Shown piece after piece: positions 25,401 to 39,870 of a DNA stretch of 64,000 bases. Both the position numbers and the translations under genes were made by a program. Position 1 is the stretch's first letter. The number at the start of each line of letters is the position of its first letter. Under the pieces are notes generated by a model. That model was not told where the DNA came from. It worked only from the letters and a program-made list of their open reading frames with translations, and searched no databases. The DNA comes from Chrysomallon squamiferum (taxonomy: Eukaryota > Animalia > Mollusca), in contig CM022679.1 of NCBI GenBank assembly GCA_012295275.1, positions 24,304,001-24,368,000 of the forward strand, in the 5' to 3' direction.

Positions 25401-28400
25401 GCATTGTTAAATATATTTTCATTAAACAGATATAAGGTTATGTTATATAACAAACACCATATTTCCAAAATAAATTGCATTATATATAAATTTAAAATAG
25501 AAATATTACTAAAACTATAATCGAAACACATAACCAGAAATGAATACCAAGTTTATTTATTTTTGGATATCCAGAATTGCCAGAAGGTATTCAATGTATA
25601 GTACAAGTAGATGTACAGTACAAATATTTAAAATCACATACACAAATAAACTGTTTTAAATCACAAAAATTTAAAATCATTTTAGGAAATACCATTATCA
25701 GAAAAGTTAGTGATGAAAGACTTTTTGCCTGGTTTTTTGAAGAAATTATCTTTGATTACTATGTTTTAATTCCATGTAAATTTATTAACATTTTCCAAAA
25801 TTGTTCACAATTCAGCAGATGGATTCTTAGGTTTACACATGCTTGCAAAATCTGTACTGTCATCTTTTGTCATCTGGACCATTTTTACCTGATTTACAAA
25901 GTCTTCATCCATCATTTCTGTTCAGAATGGAATATGGTTGTCCAGATATTGTCCTGCATAGTGCCTTTTGTCAATCCATGTGACATCAGTGTGGATAAAG
26001 GAATGTCATTGTTGGAACTGACTTCCAACCCAGCATAGTGAAGGCAAAGTTTTGTTGCAGCCTGTATGAAATAGACAAAGCCATAAGTTTGATAAGGCAT
26101 TGTTTTGTATTTACCAAATCAGTATTATGGGTCTATAAAATGACTTTGAGAAACAGTGATTTTGACTTCTCAACATTTAAATGTTCAAATGTCGTCATTA
26201 CTGACTTATTTAGGAGCTCAGCTGAAATCAGATTTTCATTTCTGTAGATTCATGTCAGAAAATCAAAGTGAATTATTTAGGTTTGAATTTTATTTCATAG
26301 ATGATTTTTATTTTTTATTTATAATCTTGCTGTGTTTTGAACACTAATCATTCTAACAACTGTAATTTTCCTTTGCAGCTTTAAATAGCTGACTTATATT
26401 TTCTTATCTTTAATGGTGTTTGTCTACATATATACATATATAATTATACATGTACATATATGTGTTTGTAATAATGATAATGTTAATGTAAGCGAAAGAA
26501 AAAAGAAAAGTAAAAAACTGAATTTATTTAGAAGCAAAAGATAAATGAGTTGACAAGAATGTTTTGTTTACTGTAATTCATATTATGTTTGGTGTTTTAC
26601 TATTCTAGTGCACACTACATTTTTTCATAATCATCGGTAATTACTAATTTATTTTTTATGTTCAGATAACCATGTTTCTGATGGGGAGCAATCCCTTCGC
26701 TCAGGTAGATCTCGGTTTGTCAGAGAGAAAAAAGGAGAGGTATATTTATTAGTAAATAAATTTTGACTCTGTTACTTTTAGTAAACAAGTTGTTGATGTT
26801 CTGAAGCAGATATTTTGAATAAAATTGGTAACAACATATTAAAATCATCAAATTTTACACAATAAAAAGAATAAAATATAATTAACCAGAGGTCAACTCA
26901 GCATGTGAAAGTGTTATATAATTTATCATTTATTTATTGCATTTTCCATTTGCCAGTAATTAAACAGTGAATATTCAATATGTATTTAACACACAGAAAC
27001 CCCCAAAAAACATGAATATTGCATGAACATGAATTATTATTATTATGATTCTTGTTATTTCAGATGCCTGCGGTGTCTAATCCACATGAAGAAGGTATGA
27101 ATGTTTATTAGTTGGTTTTCATTCACTTCTAAATAAATTTGCATTACAAAGCTCCAGAAAAAATCACAAACAAAAGCATAATGACTTGTTTTTTAGATTT
27201 ATTATCTGTTTTGTAGATTGAAATAGTTAAAGACACAAATTGACGTGTGTCCAGTGATGTATATAAATCACATACAACAACAGCAATTTTTCCTTTATTA
27301 ATAGTGAAATGCCTGTTCTGCATAAATTTCTAAATCTGTTTCTAATAATAGTATTATAAATTTCTAAATCTGTTTCTAATATGGTATTATTAATACTTTT
27401 TTATCAATAGTTTGTGTTACTGACTGGTTGTCTAATAAGAACAATCCTATGAAATTAAGTTTTTATATAAATTATAAGGTCTACAGTAAATAATATGTTA
27501 CAGTTGTACAGTAATATGTACATTTTTAATTAGTTGTTTTATTTAAGGTGGTGTGTATCGAGGAAACGAGGATAAAGATCTTAGAAAGAAGAATGGTGCA
27601 CAGCAGAGTACTTTACTGCAACCACAGAGAAAGGATGGAGAATGGGAGAGAAAATGTCGAGAGTTGGAGAGAAAATGTCAAGAGTTGGAGAGAAAATATC
27701 GAGAGTTGGAGAGAAAATATCAAGATGACTTGATGTTGATTGAGGAACAGAGAGTGGAAATAGATAGCCAGGTCCACAAGCAAGAGATGTACAAGCAAAA
27801 ACAAACGGAGATAGAACAAAAACTATCAATGCAAATTCTAAGTAACATGACTGAGATAACACGTCTAGAAAATCAGCTACAGAGAAAGGTTAGAGAACAG
27901 CTGAGTGAGAGAGAAGAGTTACAGAGAAAGGATACGGTCATACGTAGTCTTTGCCAGGAGATTAAGATAAAAGAACAACAACTAAATCAGAGAGATCAGT
28001 TAATAAAGGAGAAAGAGCAGTCAATACGGGAGAGAGATCAGTTAATACAGGAGAAACAGAGGTCAATACGAGAAAGAGATCAATTAATACAGGAGAGAGA
28101 TCAGTTCATACAGGAGAAAGAGCAGTTAATACAGGAGAAAGAGCAGTTAATACAGGAGAGAGATCAGTTAACCCAGGAGAGACAGCAACACATATTCAGT
28201 GCCATTGATTGGATATGTTATCTAGATCAGCAGCTGAACAACAAACAGCAGATTCTAGATAACATGACTGAGATGATCAGACGTCTAGCACATGAGCTAG
28301 AAAGACTGGGACGAGATCCTCAAGGTTTGAAATATTTAATTATTTGATTATTAGTTATGCAAAGAAAAGAATCAGTCATAAAAATGTCTAAATTATATAT

Positions 28401-28924
28401 TTACTAAATTATACTGAAGGCAATTTTAACACAAAAGAACATTATTAGTTTTGTATTAACAGAAACTTTTTAAATGGACTGAATTTATTGGTAAATATTA
28501 AAATTAATCGTTTTAATATTCAGAAGAAGAAACATACCTCTCATATTATATATTGATAGTAAAATACTGAATAAAAATAGTAAATTTATTATGCTTTTTA
28601 CTCTTTTTTAAAACCATAAACTATTTATAAAGTTATTCTTACAAACTTTTATCTCCTTCTTCTATTATTTTATTTATTTATGGTATAAAAATAATAATAA
28701 TGTTTCTGTTTTCAGATATACCAGATGACAACTCAGATGATGGTTCTTCAACACCTCCAGGTGTGTCTAGATGTAAAGTTTGTAGGTCAGAAGATGTAAA
28801 TGTTGTATTCAAACCGTGTCAACATGCTTGTTGTGGAGCCCAGTGTGCACCTCAGTTTGTAAATGAAAGATGTCCAGTCTGTCGAGAAATTGTAGAGGAG
28901 TTTGAGACTGTCTTCATATCATAA
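22085..28924 (+). CDS. BIR-less IAP-derived coiled coil-RING protein, copy B. Exons 22085 (or 22145)-22241, 23940-24037, 24383-24413, 24864-25028, 26666-26739, 27064-27094, 27548-28324, 28716-28924 (513 or 493 aa).
   Basis: Each exon aligns to a copy A exon (LHPESEKEDVRKK vs LHPQFEDEDVRKK; CQLVREEKGEEF vs CQFVRQKKGVEF). All junctions are GT/AG with compatible phase and no stops. RING CKVC..PCQH..CPVCR..VFIS is intact. The 3' two exons are more certain than the 5' ones. Confidence 0.72.
22387..22450 (+). repeat. (TA)n microsatellite
   Basis: Direct reading. Confidence 0.95.
22746..23007. mobile_element. hAT-type MITE, same family as 21111-21237
   Basis: TIRs cagtcatgggcaa...ttgcccatgcctg; 8-bp TSD cactagat/cagtagat. 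The empty site cactagatgtacag is present in paralogous introns at ~42047 and ~43303. Confidence 0.85.
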
Positions 28925-31900
28925 ATATTATCTAAATATCTGAGATATATCATATTAATATCATTTATATGAAGACTGTATTGTTTGAACAATAACATCA
29001 TTATAGACTTATGTATATAGTTGTTACATATAACATTATTTTTAATATTATATCATACATATTATCACTGGTTTGATATTCTTATGATACATCTTGTCAT
29101 AAATGGATCACATATGGTTAAATATCACATTACATTTCAATAAAAAAAAATACCAACTTTTTCATTTTGTGCAGACATATGAACTGTTTTGGTGCCACTG
29201 AATCTAGAGTAATAATGTTGTCATCAGACATTTAAAAAATGTGCTATAGTGAGATGTGTAAAACAATTTATTTGTAAAGACATTTGACTTTTTCTTTGTT
29301 CATATTTATACATATATATATATAGCTATGAATGATGGCACACATATGATACATACATACATAATAAAGACATAGAACACACCACCACCCACAATCAGTG
29401 CTTATATACCTGTAAAACATGTCAATTACTAGAAGAAAAAAATATTTCTTCCTATGTTTGATAAAAATCCAATATTCTTTCAAGCACTTTGCAGTTTTTG
29501 TATTTAGTCATTTCTAAATACATTACAATGTATTTCAATCAGAATTCAAAGTATTCAATTCGTTTAATAGGGTGGCATTTGTTTACTATTATTATTTACT
29601 AATAAGTGGCACTAACTTTAACATAGAGCATTAAAAAAAACAAAAAAAATTATGTTTGTGTATATATATTTAGATATATTATATAAACAGTTTATTACAA
29701 TATGATTTTATTCTACAGTTTCAGTAACAATAACATTAAAATGATTCACAGCTGGTATCCAATTAAATTATCTTAAGTAATAGAACCAAATTATTTTCTT
29801 CCTATAAGTAACAGTAGCAGTAAGTTGATTAGAATTAAAATTAAGCTATATATTAAGATTAACCAGAAATCATGGAAACAAAATTATTTTTATATTAAAT
29901 TTCTTGCAAGATAAGAAAACAAAACCACATGTCAAATTTTATGACATTTTTTTTATTATATATCATTCATATGAAATAAATTTAAATAAGAATGTGAACA
30001 ACAGGGTAGAGAAATTTACATTTTAATCACTGAATTGCTATTCTCAGATTAATTAAAAGGCAGCTGCGATATTTTTTCCCAATATTTCACATTTGCTGTA
30101 TTAAAACATTATAGAAAAGTTTATCTTTTTTCTTCTTTTAACTTGTAACACTGTTAATGTCAATAAAGTTCAATTTCATTTTTATTTAAAGTTAACTTTT
30201 ATATATTAAACCATGCAATAAACAACTATAAATGTTATTTTCAAAAGAATCATATACAAATTTAATAAATATATAAATATGTTTTTATTTTACATTTTAT
30301 TCACATTTGTAATTTGTTTTTAAATTATTCCTGGAATCTAGTTTATATGCTATGTTTATAAGATTTTAATGGAACTTTTATCTATTTATTTTTAAGAATA
30401 ATAATATAAAATTTATATACCATTCATTTTCAAAATCTTTTAAACGCTAAGATTTTAAAACCATGTTTGTGCATTTATTTTACAGATGTTCATTGTGGAA
30501 ATATTTTTTATAATGGAAAGAAATTATACTTATCTGTTGATTAATCAAGTTCTTTTTTTGAAATTATTAAATTACAAATAGCAGATGTTATAAAATGTAT
30601 ATTTCTGTTCTTAAAATCATGTCCAAGATTATCTATGCATTCCGAAAATACAAGTTTTAGATCTCTGTTTTGTTATCCTTTGACTGTTTTCTACTGTTTA
30701 CCACTGTTTTCCACTAAATAAACTATTTAATTTTTTTCTGTTATCTGTTTTTATTTTGTTTTTTTCCTGATTTTGTTTCAGAAGTTATGATCATGTATAA
30801 CTAAACTCCAGATTGTTGTAAATGAATGTCAGTAAATTAATAATTAATATCTCAAGTCATTTGTAATATGAGATTAAGAGACTATAATTAATATACAAAT
30901 CTGTGTGGTGTGAAAAAGAAAGTGGTTATAAAACCAACATCAGGAGACATGCTATAATTCTACCATGAAGCAGCAGTTATCTCGCGGTAAGTATAAATGG
31001 TTCTAGATCAATGTCACAGGAATAAAAACAGAAGAGAGATTCAGTGACTTATGTCTCATAAGAAAGATTCTCCTCTAGCAAAAGTTTCATCTTTATTAAG
31101 TAGTTGCAGTTAACTGGAAACTGATAGAAATATTTATTTAACATTTTACTAAAAAGAAACTTCCTTGATATTTTGAATCTATTTTCATAATAAATTTATT
31201 TAACATATAAGAGAAATCACCCTGGTAGTTTATAAATATATTTTAATTAACTTGACGAGATTGTTAAAAATATATAAAACATTTTTTCTGGTTTGATGTT
31301 TTAATTTGACTAATAGTTACATCATACAGCTGTGATTGTTAATCTTTTATCTTTTAATTTTTTATTTTTTTTTATCTTCTTGTTTTTAGCATCCCTTTTT
31401 AAATAATTTTTAAGGTTGGATGTCTTAAGTTCCATTTTATACTATAAAACAAACTATGATTCTTACGTTTCTGTAAATATATTTGTGTTTTCAACTGTTA
31501 AATTGATACACATTTTGTAAATAAAAATAAAACATTTATAAAAGTATTCTTACAAAGAGTGAATTTTCAAATGACACTTCAAACGCTCAGGAGTGAAAAA
31601 CACTTTTATGAAAATAAAATGAATTTTTTTTTTTTTTACCTGTATCCCACTCCCATGTAAACAATTGAATTATTAGGTAAAAATATTTCTGAACAAAATG
31701 ATTATTAGCAGTAAGACCCAAGATATTTTTCAGACATATATAATGCAAGAAAAATATAATAATAATTTTCCACAAATTTCATATTTCAAAGGTTTTTCAC
31801 AAATGAACTTTTGTATGTCATTTTAGAAATCCAACTTGAAGAAAATAAAATGAATGAACAAATAAATATTTATTGTCATCCCACTATAACAAACAATTGG

Positions 31901-33164
31901 TTATTAATCTTTGTCAAATATATGCTGAAAATAATAATTAAAATAACAATGATAATAATAAATATATATATATAAAACTATATGAGATTGTAACCCTGAT
32001 GACTATATTTCTAATTATTTATCTATTTGTCTTTTGTCTTTTATATTAAGTAGCTAAAACTATATTGTCATTGTAACTGTTATTCCTTTAATAAACATAT
32101 CAAATGATTGCGTTGAGTCTTTCTCTCCTATTGCAAAACCAGCTAGTAATCAGTTCACCACACAATACATAGAGGAATGTCTCTAAGTTGTGCTTTATTT
32201 TAGAACAGTCAAGCTTCATTTTTAATAAATAAATAAATAAACATCAGATCAACTCGGCAAGTTATGTACATACATACAGACGTTTGTTTCTGTTTATCTG
32301 CGTCTTTCTGCTTTATATTTAACCTTCCATCCATCGATCTTTCAGTCAATTCAACAGTCAATCCTATGTAGGTAGGTATGTAGCCAGACAGACAGGGAAA
32401 TAGATAGGCATGCAGATCCGTCGATAGATATATATCAATAGTTAGAAAGATAGATAAATGACAAAAAAAGGTAAGTAGGTAAAGGATGTACAAAGATCCA
32501 TCGATCTTTTTTCAGTTGTAGTATGGAGTAAAATAGTTTTATCTGTTACCTTTTGTCACGTTTCTAGCAGTAAACATTAACTTGTTTGTTTTCTGTAATT
32601 ATATTTGCATATTTTACTCCTATAAACAACACATGTATTGTCGTCTTAACACAAATGAAAAACATCGTCTTTATTTATTAAATTAATAACTTTACACAAG
32701 TGCGTGAAGGGTGGCAAGCTACCTAGATGGTTAGGGTAAACTGGTACTTGCATTGTGTTTATAGCGTAATTTTGCTGTAAGAAGTCTGTATTCACTGCAG
32801 ATTTGACTCTCTAGCTAGTTTTTAGACTTGTAGTTATGGAAATAAATATAGTAATATATTTGATCTTTCTGAATTAGAAATTGTTACGACAGATCTAAAT
32901 TAGTAGATGACTCGATACTTTTTTCTCTTATCTGCCCCCTTCCCAATAAAATGTTCACGGACAGGCTTATAATGTATACTCCCCTCTATCCTAAGATCCT
33001 TTTCCATCACCTTTCAAGACAAAATAAACTGAAATATAACAACAAAAATGATACAGCAATGACAACATAGTCATCATCATAATCAATATATATATATATA
33101 TAACCAAATGACTTTGTTAATAATGAATAAACTGACAATATATTATTCTTAAAACAAACGTTAG

Positions 33165-33270
33165 AGAAGAGTGCAGTTCAGTGGTTAGAGTTGTGACCTG
33201 AGAAATGAAACGTAGCAGGATCAGTTCTTTCTTTTTGACAATTTCCCATCCCACGCAGTGTTCCACGACA
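33165..33270 (+). mobile_element. Possible tRNA-derived SINE head remnant
   Basis: A-box-like gcagttcagtggttagag followed by a degenerate B-box-like ggatcagttc; I cannot fold a cloverleaf. Confidence 0.3.
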
Positions 33271-34196
33271 AATTTGTACAAAACATATTATTAGACTTAT
33301 TTCCGTAATTATTATTATTATTATTATTATTATTATTTTTTTTTGTCAATCTGAAATTTGTAACTGGAATAGTTTAGTTAAAATGAATGCCTAAAATATC
33401 AATAAATAACATATTACATTCTAGCAATATTTATTAAATAGCTGTTATATATATATTCACTTATTCGTTATTTTATATAATTCCCTTTCATTCTGTTTGT
33501 GTTGAAGATTTTATTTTTAAAAATCCACTTATTTATTATAAATGAATAAATTACTCATTTAATTCTTCACGTTTTATTATATCCTTATCATTAGTCACTT
33601 TATCATGGTTATTTATTTATTATGACAGCCCTTCACGACCAGGACATTCTTTGAGTTCCCCATCATAAACTGATGGGTGGAAGACTCTTAGAATTTTATA
33701 AGGTTTTAAATGGAAAATGTCAAACAAGCTTCAATTTTATCTTGGGGTGGTGGTGATATGATTCGAAGTTGAATCTAATAAATGGAGCATTAAACTAACC
33801 TTTATTTTTAACAGATAATAAATCATTTTTAACAGTAAAAAACAAATATGGAACATAATAAATGAATTAATCGTAATATTCATCGTTCGAATAACACTTA
33901 CGCCATGAATTCAATACCGTTCACCATTTATAGAATTGCTAACAGTGTTTGCCTTAAAACTGACATTATTGTGAAAATCTAAATTTAAGAAAAGCTACGG
34001 TCCTTGACAATTTAAAATACCAAAAACTATTCTATTTCTCATGTATAAACTGTTGATAACAGACTGAAGCAACAACAACCGTTGAAACTTATACAAACTC
34101 GATAATTTTATTTGGATTTCATTGTGAGCGCACTCGTGTTCAGTCTTTATTTTCATACAGTTGTTATATATTTTAATATGGTATTGTATTTAAAAC

Positions 34197-34218
34197 CAAC
34201 AACAACAGCAGCAGCAGC

Positions 34219-34255
<37 letters not shown>
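34197..34255 (+). repeat. (CAA/CAG)n microsatellite
   Basis: Direct reading. Confidence 0.9.
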
Positions 34256-34256
<1 letters not shown>

Positions 34257-34480
34257 AACTGAATACAACCGCCGTTATATATTTCGGACTCTGCGAAAAT
34301 TATAAAAATGGCTCAAATATGAATAGGAATTAAAATCGAATTCGTACCATATTTATACTTACGATTAAAAACATAGAACAATACGTGGAGTAATAAAAAT
34401 TAGAATGTTTATATATTCCTAATAATGATTTTTAAAGCAAAATTGTGAATATAATTATGTGGATTTATTAGCGACCGCAA

Positions 34481-34481
<1 letters not shown>

Positions 34482-34518
<37 letters not shown>
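34482..34518 (+). repeat. (CA)n microsatellite
   Basis: Direct reading. Confidence 0.95.
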
Positions 34519-34520
<2 letters not shown>

Positions 34521-34749
34521 TGTTATTTATTATTATAGGACATTAAAATAGAATAGTAATTGTAAGTATTAAGAATTTATACTTTGAAGATAAGTTCAAA
34601 TTTCGCGACCATTAAGCTACAGTTCGAAACACATTATTTATTTGATACAATAGAATGGGAGGGGGAAGAGAAAAGTATTGGAAAGTAGTCCTTTAAACTT
34701 ACGTTTCCTATATTCAGTAACATATAAATAGTCTTTTAGAACCCAGGGG

Positions 34750-34781
<32 letters not shown>

Positions 34782-35376
34782 GTAGAAAAAGAAGAATAAA
34801 TTACAAACGACAATATTATTATTTCCTTTATTACAAATATTGTCAAATTTATAGATAGTTTTCAGTATTTTTTGCGTGTGTGTGTGTTCTTTTTCCTTGC
34901 TGCAGTACATTTCTTTAAAAGCTATAATTATCCCTTTAAAAACACTTCATTAAAATCTTCTTTACTTAATTACTACAATCATACTGTAAGTCGGTCAAAT
35001 AATCTATGTCATTATTTTTATTCTTCAAGACAATTTGGGCATTTTCCTACAAAACACTGGCAATCAGACACAAGCAGCTTCCTTTTAATTATGAAGAATT
35101 ATAAAAAAAAATGAAATAAGAAAAAAAAAAAAAAAAAAAGTCAAAGCTTAGAATAATTAAAAACAACACGTAAATAATATTTATTTATTTATTTATTTAT
35201 TTATTTATTATCATGATTACTACTTTTACTGTTATTGTCGTTATTACTTGTATTATTATCATTATTATTATTATTTCTTAAATAGAAGTACTGAATAATA
35301 TTCAGTATATTTTACCGCCTTCACAAACCACCTTCTGTATACAATTTTAATGTAATGAAACATAAAAAAGCTATTT

Positions 35377-35379
<3 letters not shown>

Positions 35380-35446
<67 letters not shown>
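35380..35446 (+). repeat. (TA)n microsatellite
   Basis: Direct reading. Confidence 0.95.
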
Positions 35447-35447
<1 letters not shown>

Positions 35448-35574
35448 CATTCAAAATATATCCTAAAAGTATGGCGGATAATGTCGTTTGAAGTTAAAGA
35501 CATTTATGTATTTCTTTAGATTTCCTTTATATAAATATCCTTTTTATCATTTTATTATTTCCTTTTTATCATTC

Positions 35575-36090
35575 TTCAACCCAGTCGGTTCCGTCGCTGG
35601 CGAGTAAACATGAAATCCTTCAGGAAGCGACATGTCCACGTTTAGCCTCGAGGTCAGTGGCCTCGCCAAGAACGTCAGCTGTTTTCATTTGTTCTATATT
35701 CCACATCCATCCGTAGGAATCGAAGATAATTACTTCAGCAGTTCTTCACTCAGTCCAGGAGAGAGGCCTGGGCAGGTAAGTCAGTCCGCTTCCTTCTTCT
35801 GGTGCGCATTCTGTCTTCCCTCGCTGACGAATCCATGCGATGGCCTTTAGAAGGGCAGTCTGCCTTGAAGTCTCGAAGCCCACCTTCCCAGTTCGACCGG
35901 GGCCTCAAGAGAAAACCAAATTCGGGATCCTCGCGCAGAGGAAACAGAGGTAAGTCAAGCGCCTCGGTGGGGAAAGCTAATACCAAGTTCCATTTGCTTT
36001 CACTGAAGATCCAAATGTGTGGCCTTCAGCAGGTCCCCGTGCCCTCTGTCTGCCTGAAACCCACATTTCGGTGCTTCCAAGACAAGAACC
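35575..36090 (+). mobile_element. GC-rich insert, probable retroelement fragment (possibly DIRS gag-like)
   Basis: Abrupt rise in GC and CpG, absent from the paralogous units. One frame reads SRREAW...WPLEGQS followed by an R/G/S-rich tail, which is only reminiscent of DIRS gag. Confidence 0.35.
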
Positions 36091-36999
36091 TAACAACAAC
36101 AACAACAACAACAACAATAATAATAATGAAATTACTTAGTCTGTGACAATGACAGTAAGAATGAATAAGATATTATTCTAATCCAATTTACACGGTAGTT
36201 ACTCTATTCTAACGAAGCTGAAAATAGTTTTAATGTTTTTATAAACTAACCTCAAGCAGAATTTTCAATCTTGTATTATGTAATAAAGATATTTATATGC
36301 TGACAAGAGAGATGCTATATCAGTTCCAGCTTTTGCCAGGTCTGACGATCGGAGAACATTCGACACCAAACGGTTTGTTGACTCTACAGGAGATTCACCA
36401 GATTTGAAAAACTGATGAAGTATATATGTTTCTTTTTTGATAAATCTGATGACTGCATGTCTACCACACGCATCATATATTGTATTCAGCTTAGTTTTCA
36501 CTGTAGTTTGGGCTTGATTAGTTTGTAACAGCATTTGTGTAATTAAAACTGTATGCTGTTATTGAGAAGTATAATATTCTTGAATTCATATGTCTAAAAG
36601 CGAATCTATAATCTGGAAAGTCATCTTTAGCCCAAGGTATTATCTGGGCAGGAGGTTTGTGTTTGACTTTTACTCCCATGAATGTTGACCACGTCTAAAT
36701 CTCACATGTGTCAAACTGTCTAATTACAGTGCATATAATACTTAATTTGTTATTTTGTTATTTAAAGTTAATATATTTATATATGATTTTATATTATTGT
36801 AGCCCATCTTGAAAACTGTTTTCTCGTCTACGTTGCATTAATTATATTATTACAAGATAACAGTTTTCACCTCAGATTTCTTTCATTTATTGCCTGTTTT
36901 CTCAATAACTGTCGATGTAAATACTCTACTAAATACTTTCATTTAATTTTCTGTCATAACACCTTGCCTTGCCTTTTAAAGTTATTATATATTTTTTAT

Positions 37000-37700
37000 T
37001 TCCGCAAAGAAATATATTTTGTTTCAGCTGTTTTAATTGGATAAATATTCTCAGGTTAGTCCAATCGGAATTAATTTCTTTACGTTGTTAGTTAGAAAAA
37101 GATGGTGGCAAGCTAGCAAACGTTTCCAGCGAACTTTTAGAACCGTTACGTCAAAGAGTTATCGGTTGGTTAATGGAACATGTTGTCGTTAGCAATAACT
37201 GTATGATCAAGTATTTGCTATTGTTTTTCCTTTTCACGTCCAACATATACCAACATTTAATACCAACAATTAATGTCTGTCCTCCAGTTGTGTTCTTAAA
37301 TATCATTAGCAATTTGTAATAAAAGTAAATAAATCCAGTTCTGTAATTAAAAACAAGTAAAAAAAAAACAATAATAATAATAAAAAATAAATAAATCATA
37401 GGAGAAAAAGGAGCCATTCTGTAATAAAATTTGATTTCCATTAAGTGATATGTAGTCATATATTAAGGTTTGCAACAGACATGATATTTGATATACTGGA
37501 GTGGAGTTGAGATCATCTGATGAACTTGGTTTCCATGGATCTGATTACTGATGTAACACAACAAAGTAAAGGTCTCTGAAACAGAAACCCCTCAAAATTT
37601 TGCACCCAATAATTTAGAATTTATGTCATGTCACCCAACTGTAATCAGGTCCATCAATGAAGTTTCATTGTGTGAACCAAACAGAACAAGTCAGGTAACT
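37000..37700 (+). pseudogene. Third promoter block plus decayed remnant of IAP exon 1 (inter-BIR linker)
   Basis: ttccgcaaag..attgg..ccaatc..atggtggc block at 37000-37110; PNNLEFMSCHPTV at ~37605-37645 matches PNNLERMSSNPAV of copy A. Confidence 0.6.
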
Positions 37701-39243
37701 CCTACCCCAGTATATCAGAATTGGTCTATTTGCACATGCATAATGCACACGTTAATATATTAATTCAGAATGATCAACTTTGATTACAAAATGTTAAGAA
37801 AATAACAGAGAAATTTGTTTTAAAACCATTTATTTTGACATAATTTCACATGAACTTATGGTTTAAATAGTTGAAATAAAGAATTTATATTAACAAATGG
37901 AATATAAATTTATTTCTGTAAAGTTATCAGTTAAAACTTTATATTTACATGGAAATATATGAGTAAAACAATTTCTGTCATGACAAACGGTTGGCTTGGG
38001 TTTTTTTCTTTCGTTTATTGTATGCAATAGGGTATAAAATAATTTTCAATATTATTATTATTATTATTAAGAAAGTTCCCTCTAAACTTTTGGTTAATCT
38101 GTCAGCTAATAAATTTATTTTTATTTTAAACAGTCCTTTGATAAATGTAAACACAGTAACACATGGGTATGAAAAAAAAAACATGTAGTTAAAGTATCTG
38201 CAAACTGAAAAACACCATACATCATCACAACAAACTTGCTTCTTCAAGCAGTTTACAATGTCCAAAATGTATTCCAGAAAACCCCAAGAAACAAACCATA
38301 AAGAACATAATCAAAATCCCACCTCAAAAAACCCTAAAAAAAACAGCAAATTAATAGAAATAAGAATTTAGTCAAAAACAAATGAGACTAAGAAACAAAA
38401 TAATAATTAATTTTAAAGAACTCAAATCAAATAAATAAATAAATAAATAAATAAACAAACCAAAATGACTCCTCATTTGAGGTTATTGTATTCAGAAAAA
38501 ACTTACCATTGGTGTAAATTTAAACAATTCCAAAATATATCTCATCATTTCTGGTCATTCTCATCCTAGCTTACTCAGTTTAACATGTAATGCAATGCTT
38601 TTTGAATAATTATGAAACAAAGTAGAGAATAATTTGGATACTTGTAACCTACTTACTAATGTTATTCAAAATACAAAATAATTAAAACCAATGTGGTTGT
38701 TTATTTATTGTCACTATTTCAGGTAGATCCTTCATCGAACTTAAAGAATTTCAGATAAAATACAAAGGTTCTGAACTCCTTTAGGAAATGGTTGCAACCT
38801 ATATTAATGATTTAGTAGACAAAAATGTATAAAATATAATGCAAGATGTATTCAAGAAACAAGAATCTTAATTTCATATTATTTGAAATACATCTAGTTA
38901 AAAACTTCCAGAAAAACAATGAATCTAATCAATGGGCACTTTAATACTTTTGTTAAATTGTAAAATGATGCCTTTGTTACTAATAATTAGCTAATTGCAC
39001 ACACCTGTTTATTTCAACAAATTAAGTTTAGTTATCATGGCACTCAAGAGTTAAATAATGGGTTTTTTCATTTTCTACCTTGAGAGGCTCATAAAAAAAG
39101 AACTTCAGATACATCAGTACAGACTATATGAGATAATACATTTAAATAATAATAATAATTACAGAAATGTAATGCATGTCTGCATGAAATTCCCTGCTGG
39201 AATCTGATTCATGTGATAATAACTCTTACTTTTGCAACTAACT

Positions 39244-39870
39244 TTATCTCATCGTAAAAGAAACAATTTGTTTTCTGTTAAGATAATGCAGTATTTCTTT
39301 AACAATTTCATGTCTGTATAAAAATAAGTTTGGATACATAGGAATACACTTATTAGTTAAAACAGGTTTTGCTACAGCAGAAATATACACTCTGCAGGTA
39401 CTGGTATCAGTTTGTGTGGGAAAACCTGGCATTTCAGAGTAATTAGCATAAGACTATGCATAGAGTGATATTTAATGGTTTTCCATAATACATCGTATGT
39501 TCCAACATTAAATACCTGAACATATGAAAAATTACTTCATTATTTTTTACTCCCAAATGAATCACAGTAGAACAGTACTTTATTAGGTATGATTATTAAT
39601 ATTATTGTCCAGTGAGTGTTTCTTTCATTCAAAGGTACAACAACATATTTATAATCAAACCATCTTTTACTTTTACTTTCTGCAATGTGAAATGTCCATC
39701 TAGGTTGATCTGTGTCACCATTAACTAAAATCTTCTGACTGAACCAACCACAATCTACCATGTGAATATTCTGATTTTTTTCAGATGTTTTTGTAGAACA
39801 GGCATGAATACATTAATGTGGCTACTATTAAGGCAGTTATGTTGAAGAATGTTGTTTAAGAAATCTGCAT
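39244..39870 (-). pseudogene. Ulp1/C48-family cysteine protease relic, likely transposon-borne
   Basis: Minus strand gives CLNSSHINVFM, VVVPLNERNTHWTII, FYCDSFG and PTQTDTSTCRVY, i.e. the His, Asp, Gln and Cys motifs in C48 order, broken by stops and frameshifts. Confidence 0.7.

Noticed and set aside
25577-26347. ORFs of 62-153 aa, with similar ones at 23112, 48137, 50031 and 51550
   Set aside because: They lie in paralogous intron sequence, and the frames are not conserved between copies.
34112-34333. Poly-Thr/Ala ORF
   Set aside because: Microsatellite artefact.
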